The position numbers were made by a program, and so were the translations under genes. Below, one piece after another: positions 56,453 to 64,000 of a stretch of DNA of 64,000 bases. Source of the DNA: a virus; IMG/VR virus record IMGVR_UViG_3300042549_004948, positions 32,001 to 96,000 of that record. One strand, 5' to 3'. The notes below the pieces were generated by a model that was not told the DNA's origin, ran no database searches, and saw only the letters and a program-made list of their open reading frames with translations. Within the stretch, counting starts at the first letter, position 1, and every line of letters begins with the position of its first letter.

Positions 56453-57153
56453 TATCTATGTTTAAATATCATATAGTGATTCCAATCTGTTAAGTTCTCA
56501 TCTGGTAGTAAACTCTCACTACTAATTCTTGGATAAGCAGGGGTCTTTAATTGTGATCCATAAAATCCTTCTAATTGAAATGCGTGTGTGTATAGGAAAT
56601 ATACGAAATTATCAAAGTCAAACAAACCTCTGTAGACATATTGATGAGCCATTCTCCAATTAGGATTACTAATAAAGAATACTGAATCTGGATTTGTTAA
56701 TCTGTGTATGGTGCTAACAATGATGTGAGGATTGAATACGTGCTCAATAAAGTCATTTGCTATTACTAAATCGTACTTAGGTAATAGTTCGTGCGTGTCA
56801 AAGCTACTAGAAAGATCCTTAACGAAAAAAGTTCCTTTAAACTTATTCTCATCAAAGTACTTCTTGGCAAATGGCTTATCTACTAAATGATAGTTTATGT
56901 TTGGATGTGTCTCTAATATCTTCTGAGACAATATTCCTGGACCACTACCGATCTCTAATATGTTTTTAATGTGCGGATTTTCTTGAATCACTGCACTAAC
57001 TAATTTAGCTTCATACTCATACCTTTCTTGCCAAGCAGATTCTTGAAGTCTACCTGCATCTTCCCATTCATTAGTATGCGCTGTATCAAAATGTTCTGTT
57101 GAGAATGTTTCCTCAAAGTTTGTATGTGTGACTCTAAATAATCCCATTACCAA
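56452..57153 (-). CDS. class I SAM-dependent methyltransferase
   Basis: ILEIGSGPG and DLVIANDFIEHV motifs. Confidence 0.85.
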   Translation of the reverse strand: MVMGLFRVTHTNFEETFSTEHFDTAHTNEWEDAGRLQESAWQERYEYEAKLVSAVIQENPHIKNILEIGSGPGILSQKILETHPNINYHLVDKPFAKKYFDENKFKGTFFVKDLSSSFDTHELLPKYDLVIANDFIEHVFNPHIIVSTIHRLTNPDSVFFISNPNWRMAHQYVYRGLFDFDNFVYFLYTHAFQLEGFYGSQLKTPAYPRISSESLLPDENLTDWNHYMIFKHR

Positions 57154-58115
57154 ATAAATTTATGCTTGTAATAATTTACTATGCCTTTTAATTCTTTATC
57201 AAATTCTGCTTGTGGTTCCCAACCTAAAGTTTTTAATTTAGAATCATCTAAAGCATATCTAACATCCTGACCTGCTCTATGATATGATAAATCTAAATAA
57301 TTTTCTAGACTTAAATGACTTTGTTCTTTAGAGTTGTAAGCTTCTATTAACTTTTTTATTGTATCATAATTAGATTGCTCAAAGCCTCCTGCTATATTGT
57401 ATATTTCATTCTCTACTTCAGATTCAATTATTTTTATAATCGCACTTGCAGTATCTGATGCATGTAACCAGTTTCTGATTGGAGTACCATTATTATGTAG
57501 AGGTATATTTTTTCCTAAATTTAAAAACTTACATGCTTTGGGAATTAATTTTTCTACATATTGTCCTATTCCATAATTGTTAGTAGGTCTTACTATAATA
57601 TATGGGAGGTTATATGTTCTAGCCCAAGCTAATATAAGCATGTCTGCAGCAGCTTTAGTTGCAGAATACGGATTAGAAGGTTTTAATAAATCTTTTTCTG
57701 TATGGGCGCCATCTTCTATATCTCCATAGACTTCATCTGTACTAAAGTGTAGAAAGATTGGTTTCTTTGAAGACTCTTGTCTGTAGTTCTTAATTAATTC
57801 TAATAAGTTGTGTACTCCGTTTATGTTTGAATGTACGAACTCGTTACTATTAGCAATAGAATTTCCTACATGAGTTTCTGCGGCTGTGTTAATTACATAG
57901 TCACATTCATACAAAAATTTTAAATCATTAATATCCTCTCTTTCAAAATAGAACTGATCCGGATAATTTTCTGTGAATTCAAAAAGGAGTTCTTGATTCG
58001 AAGCATATGTACACTTATCTATACCTCTCACATACCAGCCTTTTTCTAAACATGCTCTAGTTACATGAGAGCCAATAAAGCCTAAGCATCCTGTTACGTA
58101 AACTACTTTAGTCAT
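57147..58115 (-). CDS. rmlB: dTDP-glucose 4,6-dehydratase
   Basis: TGCLGFIGS, AAETHV, STDEVYG, PSNPYSATKA, NNYG..Q..EKLIP, RAGQDVRY motifs. Confidence 0.88.
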   Translation of the reverse strand: MTKVVYVTGCLGFIGSHVTRACLEKGWYVRGIDKCTYASNQELLFEFTENYPDQFYFEREDINDLKFLYECDYVINTAAETHVGNSIANSNEFVHSNINGVHNLLELIKNYRQESSKKPIFLHFSTDEVYGDIEDGAHTEKDLLKPSNPYSATKAAADMLILAWARTYNLPYIIVRPTNNYGIGQYVEKLIPKACKFLNLGKNIPLHNNGTPIRNWLHASDTASAIIKIIESEVENEIYNIAGGFEQSNYDTIKKLIEAYNSKEQSHLSLENYLDLSYHRAGQDVRYALDDSKLKTLGWEPQAEFDKELKGIVNYYKHKFIW

Positions 58116-58116
58116 A

Positions 58117-59265
58117 TTAATCTATTTTATAATTTTTATATGTTTTTAAATAACTGTTTAGAATCTCTCTCTCTACTTTAGATTCTATATAAGGATTATA
58201 TCGAAAATCTGAATAGATTTGTTCTAATACTGCTTTCAATCTATACTGAATCATCTCCTCTTCTATAATATAAGGACTATTATCTATTTCATCAACTCTA
58301 TTTTGCCACATTAAAGGTAAATCTTCTAAAGTTATTTTATCTTCTACTCCGCTTAAATCTGCGGCTCTATAATTCTCTGCTTTAGGATTTAAATTGACCC
58401 ATCCTTCTTTTCGATCTTCATATCCATATCTAAGTTTAATCTTAGAATCAAAAAAGCCTTCTGGTATAATTAGAGACGGACAAATGTTATTATCTATTCT
58501 CTGATGCATATACCCATCAAAGTGTCTCATTTGTTCTTTAAATGGAATAATTACTATTTGTTCTGGAAGTGGTATGTTTAAACGCTGTCTTATATTAATA
58601 ATGCTAGGATAGACTCCTGAGATTCCATCTACTCTTGGTAGAGGTACTTCCGTCCACTCTCCTGTGAAGAACCAATTGTAATATAAATCCTTTGTTATAA
58701 TATTTAAACTATCAATAGAAGTGCCTTTATAACTTAATCCGTAATCTAAAATAGAATAATCTTTATTTAATTGTCTTGGAGTAGTTTCGTTTAGCTCTAT
58801 GTATCCAGATTTAGCCCATCTAATATTTTCAGGCCAATGACTCATAACAATAGTGGTGTACTTATCATGCTTTTGATTAACTATTTGTTCTAAACACTCT
58901 CTACTTGAATCTAAAAAGATATGATCGTGGTTACATAATAGTAAGATTAAGTCAGCATTTATTTCTTTATATAAGCTCTTCCACTCTTGCTGATAAACTG
59001 CTCTCTTATTATTATAAAGTAATTCTATACCGCTAAACTCTTTCTTTACAAAAGCTTTTAATTCTTCTCTATCTTGTTCGCTGTATAACTTAGTATCTAG
59101 TTCTACATTTATAATAGCTTTAGTCCAAGCATAAGCTACAGCAAGACTTGATAGACTATACTTAGTTATATCTAACTTACTATAAGGGGGTAATATACCT
59201 CTAGTAATTCCAGAGTATGGATTACCTGAAGTGTCAGTTAAGTATACGTTAAAGATTAGTACCAT
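58117..59265 (-). CDS. putative glycosyltransferase/hypothetical protein
   Basis: CNHDHIF and RHFDGY motifs; cluster context. Confidence 0.45.
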   Translation of the reverse strand: MVLIFNVYLTDTSGNPYSGITRGILPPYSKLDITKYSLSSLAVAYAWTKAIINVELDTKLYSEQDREELKAFVKKEFSGIELLYNNKRAVYQQEWKSLYKEINADLILLLCNHDHIFLDSSRECLEQIVNQKHDKYTTIVMSHWPENIRWAKSGYIELNETTPRQLNKDYSILDYGLSYKGTSIDSLNIITKDLYYNWFFTGEWTEVPLPRVDGISGVYPSIINIRQRLNIPLPEQIVIIPFKEQMRHFDGYMHQRIDNNICPSLIIPEGFFDSKIKLRYGYEDRKEGWVNLNPKAENYRAADLSGVEDKITLEDLPLMWQNRVDEIDNSPYIIEEEMIQYRLKAVLEQIYSDFRYNPYIESKVEREILNSYLKTYKNYKID

Positions 59266-60931
59266 CTATAATATTTTTGTAGTAGTTATCGTAAAGCATA
59301 TCGTTATTTAAAGGCCATTCAAAGCACTTCTTATAATTAGCTTCTATGTAAGGAAGCATCTCTTGATACTTCTCTAAGCTTAAACTATTCATTATAGTGT
59401 CTAACTCCTCTTGAGTCTGAAAAGATAGAATACCTCTCTCGTCAAAGAACTCTCCTATATGAATACATCCATGATAGACAGGAATAGTTCCAGTTAAGAA
59501 GCAATCTATAATTTTTTCTGAGAAGTAATTATCATCACAAGAAACATTCTCGATAGCAATATTAAACATATAGTCTCTCAATGCATCAAGCTTACTAGGA
59601 ATCTCTCTAATACCTCTACCGTATAAATCTATTCTATCTTTAATTGTATTTACAAACTCTAATCTCTTTTTATGTCCAGGTAGAAAAGCTTTTGTAGATA
59701 TTACAGCAGATACTAACTTAGACTTTGGAAAAATATGATAAGCTCTATCTTCTGGGATCTCATACTGATCGAAATGATCTGACTTATAAGGAGTATGTCC
59801 GGCTGGATTAGGAAGTCTGTTGAACTGAGTTACTTCTGTTGGAGGTAAGAATTTAGCATTAGGTAAGATCTTTAATAACTCTCTATCAAATGTTAAGATA
59901 GTATGAAACTTATCTTGATGTTGAATAACTAAATTGTAAAGCTCTTTATGAAAGTACTCTCTTTGTTCAAATAATCTAGCTACAATAGGAACTTTTCTAT
60001 CTATTTTAATTCTACCTTCTAAGTAGTCTTTAATAGCTGGATCACAAAGCAATACTATATCAAACTCTCCGTCTACCTGCTCGTAGCAATAAGTAAACTT
60101 CTTTGGTACTGAATTATATTCCATGTAGTAGTCTTTATTAAAGACATTTATTTGAGGAAGCTTTCCGTTTCCTAATCCCTCTCTGTAGGTTTTCTTATTT
60201 CTAATCTCTACCTCATACTTAGAATTATCTGTAGCTTCTCTCTCTTTTGTTCTTTCTTGATTTTTTGGAGTAGCATTATATACGTGAGTTGTAAAATTTA
60301 CAACACCGATCTTATCTTTAGAACACATTTCTAAAGCAGGATACGCCCAAGCAAGATCACTCGCATGCCAATAATACTCTCCATCTATTCTAGACTTCAA
60401 ATCTTCTCTATCTATGTTCTTCCAAAGAGAATACCTATAAGTTCTTAAATGACTAGCTCTCCATTGATCTCTTCTATAGAATTTATGTCTATGGATAAAA
60501 TCATCATAAGGAGTGCCTTGAGGAAAAGATTGAGTACCATTACCGGTTCCATCCCAGCATACAAATTGCCCGTAAGTCATCCAGCATTTTGTCTTGTTAT
60601 AAAAGTCATTTAACTTCTCTAATACACTCTCATCAAAGAGCCAATCATCTCCGTCTAGGTGAACTATAATCTCATCGTCTTCTGGAAATAAATGTCTAAC
60701 CGGTTCGATGTAGTTATACGCAGCTCCTTTATTAATTTCGTTTCTGATGACTTTACATTGAGTATTATTTTTTAGTATTTCAGAAACTTTTTCAAAGGTA
60801 CCGTCTGTAGAACAGTCGTCTATGTAGAGCAGCCTCCAATTAGTATAAGTTTGATTAAGTACACTTGCTAAGTTATACTCAACATAGTCTAGATTATTAT
60901 ACGAAGGAGTTATTATTGTAAACTTATTCAT
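59249..60931 (-). CDS. GT2 + GT10 (fucosyltransferase-like) fusion
   Basis: TPSYN..IDDCSTD..LDGDD; C-terminal FNIAIEN..NYFSEKIIDCF.TGTIPVYHG. Confidence 0.8.
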   Translation of the reverse strand: MNKFTIITPSYNNLDYVEYNLASVLNQTYTNWRLLYIDDCSTDGTFEKVSEILKNNTQCKVIRNEINKGAAYNYIEPVRHLFPEDDEIIVHLDGDDWLFDESVLEKLNDFYNKTKCWMTYGQFVCWDGTGNGTQSFPQGTPYDDFIHRHKFYRRDQWRASHLRTYRYSLWKNIDREDLKSRIDGEYYWHASDLAWAYPALEMCSKDKIGVVNFTTHVYNATPKNQERTKEREATDNSKYEVEIRNKKTYREGLGNGKLPQINVFNKDYYMEYNSVPKKFTYCYEQVDGEFDIVLLCDPAIKDYLEGRIKIDRKVPIVARLFEQREYFHKELYNLVIQHQDKFHTILTFDRELLKILPNAKFLPPTEVTQFNRLPNPAGHTPYKSDHFDQYEIPEDRAYHIFPKSKLVSAVISTKAFLPGHKKRLEFVNTIKDRIDLYGRGIREIPSKLDALRDYMFNIAIENVSCDDNYFSEKIIDCFLTGTIPVYHGCIHIGEFFDERGILSFQTQEELDTIMNSLSLEKYQEMLPYIEANYKKCFEWPLNNDMLYDNYYKNIIDGTNL

Positions 60932-61293
60932 TAGATTTCTATATTTTTTATTCCTTTATCGCGATCAACAACAATAGCAACTGCTGTCTCTTCTGTGCTG
61001 TTTGGTTTATAATCATTGATTAATACTCTTACTCCTCCTCCTATACCCATGATAAGCATATCATAAAAAATACCTGCTTGCTCTAATTGCTTCTCTGTAA
61101 ATTTTCTCATAGACTCTTTTCTACCAGTCGTAAGAATTATTTTATAGCCCTTCTTATCCCACTCAAGTATTTTTTCTGTAACACCAGGTAATGCTTTTGG
61201 ACTAAACTCATGAAAATTACTTCCTGGAGGAAAGTGTTCAATTAAAGTTCCGTCTATGTCACAGAATATTGTCTTAGGTCTAGGATCTATCAT
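60931..61293 (-). CDS. HAD-family phosphatase
   Basis: CDIDGTL, TTGR and LIND motifs. Confidence 0.8.
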   Translation of the reverse strand: MIDPRPKTIFCDIDGTLIEHFPPGSNFHEFSPKALPGVTEKILEWDKKGYKIILTTGRKESMRKFTEKQLEQAGIFYDMLIMGIGGGVRVLINDYKPNSTEETAVAIVVDRDKGIKNIEI

Positions 61294-62426
61294 ATAACTT
61301 TTATATTTGGGTTTATACTTTCTATTTGCTTTTTAATCTCTTCGTTGTAAACTCCCGTCTTTACTATTACAGTTCCGGATTCTACATCTCTTAATGCTTC
61401 TGGAGACTTAACTATTAGATCTGTTCCATATAAACGTTTATTTTGTTTATTAGGGTCATTATCTAAAATGTTTATAATTTTTTTAGCATCTAATCCAAAC
61501 TGTAATAAGGTTTGAGAAAAGATATGTGCTCCAAAAAGATAGACATCTCCTTCTATTTTATTTAGCTCTGAAACTAACTCTTCATGGTACTGTGTGTAAT
61601 TTAAAAATAAGGCTAAATTATGCATATAGAGTTGATCTTGCTGTCCTGAAGTTATATAGATTTCTTCTTTAGATTCTCTTACCTTTTTTGCACAAAAGAA
61701 GATACTATGGTCTTCTTTAAAGTAGCTTTCTTCTAATAACTCATATCCAAAATGACTTAATAAAAGCTCAACATAAGGCTGGCTTGCAAAGTAAGTATGT
61801 TCGAAGTTAAGGCAGTTAGTATAGTTATTACGAAGCATTGCTTCTAAATTAGGAACAGACATTATAAGTAAAGAATCCTTCTTCATAAAGTCTGATATGT
61901 GTTGCATAAACGTTAATGGATCATACACATGCTCTAATACATGAGAATGAATAACTGCATCGTATTTTTCTTCTGAAATAAATTTATCATCAAAAAAGCC
62001 TTTTATTACTTTGACAGGTAAGTTAGCAGGAACTCTAGGGTTAGGTTCTATTATAGTCCAATCTAAGTTTCTTTTTGCTAAAGACTTCTTTGCTAAATGT
62101 CCGTGTAGTCCTCCTATTTCTAGAACAGATTTAATAGAAGAAAACTTAGTAACAAATTCAGCGAAAGCTTCATGATGTTGATTCCAAATATCTCCTACAG
62201 TTCCTGATCCATGTTCTTCTGCATAAACGACCTCTAAAGGCAATAGCGGATTTAACTGTATCATTCCTGAAGAGATACTCATCTGCCAGCTCATATCTGC
62301 TACAATGTCTTTCTCTTTAGGTTGATCAGTACATCCCATAAACACAGGAAAGTTTTTGAAAGTATATAACTCTCTTAAATCTTTTTCTCCTGTTATTACG
62401 TCTCTGTCTCTACGAATATAGTTCAT
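61290..62426 (-). CDS. NDP-sugar C-methyltransferase-like protein
   Basis: VLEIGG, SHVLEH, SVPN, FEHTYF, FGAH and LDNDPNKQ motifs. Confidence 0.7.
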   Translation of the reverse strand: MNYIRRDRDVITGEKDLRELYTFKNFPVFMGCTDQPKEKDIVADMSWQMSISSGMIQLNPLLPLEVVYAEEHGSGTVGDIWNQHHEAFAEFVTKFSSIKSVLEIGGLHGHLAKKSLAKRNLDWTIIEPNPRVPANLPVKVIKGFFDDKFISEEKYDAVIHSHVLEHVYDPLTFMQHISDFMKKDSLLIMSVPNLEAMLRNNYTNCLNFEHTYFASQPYVELLLSHFGYELLEESYFKEDHSIFFCAKKVRESKEEIYITSGQQDQLYMHNLALFLNYTQYHEELVSELNKIEGDVYLFGAHIFSQTLLQFGLDAKKIINILDNDPNKQNKRLYGTDLIVKSPEALRDVESGTVIVKTGVYNEEIKKQIESINPNIKVI

Positions 62427-63372
62427 TTAATTTATTTGTAATGTTCTGTTTTACTTTCTCATCTATACCTGGAAATTGAGATTTAATCTCATTAATAAAT
62501 TCAGGATTAGATAATACATAATGGCCGCAAATCTTAATCAACTCTTTTCTGTTTACTTCAGGATTAAAATCAGAATTTACCCATTTAACCCATCTTTTAG
62601 AATCGTAGCATATTTGCCAGAATCTATTAAATAAAGTAACGTCCTCTATCTCCTTAAGATATGTTAAAGTTTCTATTAATCCAAATTCAGGAGCAATATT
62701 TATAGCATCTAATCCTAAACTAAATTTCTCTTTAATAACTTCTGCAGGAATATAATCTCCGTTATGCTCCTTAGATAACATATCGTAGCTTCTAGCTACT
62801 TCAATCATCTCTTTTAAACGAGTAGAATCGTAATTGCCTGTCTGATCAATTCCTTTAAGGGAAGTTCCTGATTGAATAACCAAATACTTTATTTGCCAAT
62901 ACACTTCTTCAGGTAGAGCTGATCGTAGGCTTGCTACTAATAAGTCTAACTCGTCTGGGTCGAATGGTCTAATTGCTTCTTCTGTACCGACTTCAAATAT
63001 TAACGTAGGATTAATTTTATAAGCAAACTTAATCATCTCGATAGTCTTTTCTAAGCCGTCTGAGAAGTTAGGATATTTCTTCCAAGGATCGATATGAATT
63101 AACTGGAAGTGTTTAGCATCGTGAGCTAAAGATTCCAATCCATCGTCATCGTTGTTACCTTGACCTGGACCTCCGTGATCACGTTGAATAGGTAAAGTAG
63201 TAACATACTTACTAAACTCTTCTGTAGTCCAGTTGTTAACATAACCTCCGTCCCATTCTACTTGTCTACGAGAAGGAATAAAAGCTATTTGATTTCCTGT
63301 AGCATTACAGAAATCTACTATAGCATCTACTACATTCTTAGTCATAGGTCCGATAAAGTACTTTACATCCAT
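62410..63372 (-). CDS. GatZ/KbaZ-like (tagatose-6-phosphate epimerase/class II aldolase family) protein
   Basis: SRRQV..GGY, RDHGGP, IHIDP, EVGTEE, KEHNGDY and AINIAPE motifs. Confidence 0.65.
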   Translation of the reverse strand: MDVKYFIGPMTKNVVDAIVDFCNATGNQIAFIPSRRQVEWDGGYVNNWTTEEFSKYVTTLPIQRDHGGPGQGNNDDDGLESLAHDAKHFQLIHIDPWKKYPNFSDGLEKTIEMIKFAYKINPTLIFEVGTEEAIRPFDPDELDLLVASLRSALPEEVYWQIKYLVIQSGTSLKGIDQTGNYDSTRLKEMIEVARSYDMLSKEHNGDYIPAEVIKEKFSLGLDAINIAPEFGLIETLTYLKEIEDVTLFNRFWQICYDSKRWVKWVNSDFNPEVNRKELIKICGHYVLSNPEFINEIKSQFPGIDEKVKQNITNKLNELYS

Positions 63373-63986
63373 TCTTTATAAATTTTATATTGTTCTTCAG
63401 CTTGTAAATCAGCAATCATTCTACCCTGCCCTTCAACAAAGGGTCTACCGTCGATCAATGTTCCTCTTACTTCTACATCTACAGGTGTCGCATTGAATAC
63501 CATTCCGTCTAAATTAGGCACTTTGTCCCATTCGGCTCTAAGAATAAATCTGCAAGGTATGCTTAATTGAATACAAGCATACTCTACCGCTTTACCAAAA
63601 CCGCCGTTACCTAAAATGTATAACTGCTCAGGTTTAGTTAATAAAGAAAGGTAGTTATAAACCCCCATCCAGTCGGTATTGTATGCTTTTAAAAAGCCGT
63701 CTTTGTTTACTACAGTATTTGCTGCACCGATTATCTTAGCAGCAAAATCAACTTCGTCAACGTGCTTTAATACTTCTGCTTTAAATGGCATACTAATAGC
63801 AAAGCCTTTAAATTTTAATATTTTAGCGGCTATTACCGAACTTAGAATATTATCTGAATAAAATGACTTGTATATAGCATTTATACCTTCTTGTTGAAAG
63901 CGAGTATTAAAAAAGATACAGCCATTGTTTCCTGGATTAGAGGAGAATGAACCGTATAATTTAGTATCTTTATTTACAATATTCAT
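63363..63986 (-). CDS. shikimate dehydrogenase-like protein
   Basis: ISMPFK, IGAANT, YNTDWMG, GNGGFG and NATP motifs. Confidence 0.8.
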   Translation of the reverse strand: MNIVNKDTKLYGSFSSNPGNNGCIFFNTRFQQEGINAIYKSFYSDNILSSVIAAKILKFKGFAISMPFKAEVLKHVDEVDFAAKIIGAANTVVNKDGFLKAYNTDWMGVYNYLSLLTKPEQLYILGNGGFGKAVEYACIQLSIPCRFILRAEWDKVPNLDGMVFNATPVDVEVRGTLIDGRPFVEGQGRMIADLQAEEQYKIYKEWM

Positions 63987-64000
63987 TTAAAATTTCAATT

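Noticed and set aside
1-64000. Stop-codon reassignment, introns or inteins
   Set aside because: Long genes are intact in the standard code with TAA, TAG and TGA all ending genes; no splicing motifs were recognised.

Overview
This window is part of a large, AT-rich, contractile-tailed (myovirus-like) phage genome in the standard genetic code. The host is probably a Bacteroidota member, inferred from A-rich starts without Shine-Dalgarno sites and TAnATTTA promoters. 1-15.7 kb (+): glutaredoxin, HD protein, phage sigma factor and a baseplate/tail module (gp25- and gp6-like wedge proteins and other structural proteins). 15.7-31.2 kb (+): two Ser/Thr/Pro-rich mucin-like proteins, then two GT60-type protein O-GlcNAc transferases and a sugar synthesis/tailoring cassette (RfbH, RmlD-like, carbamoyltransferase, TylF/HtrL fusion, orphan GTs). 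This block appears to sit inside a split structural gene whose C-terminal part (31187-31492) has its own late promoter. 32-53 kb (-): many small accessory genes, putative internal head proteins, a tRNA-like RNA and four early promoters backed by phased IHF-consensus arrays. 53.3-64 kb (-): a second glycan cluster (GT2, GT2-GT10, RmlB, split transketolase, methyltransferases, HAD, GatZ-like, AroE-like). The best candidate for a novel system is phage-encoded mucin-type O-glycosylation that builds glycosylated virion appendages. All protein calls come from motif recognition by eye; no database searches were run.
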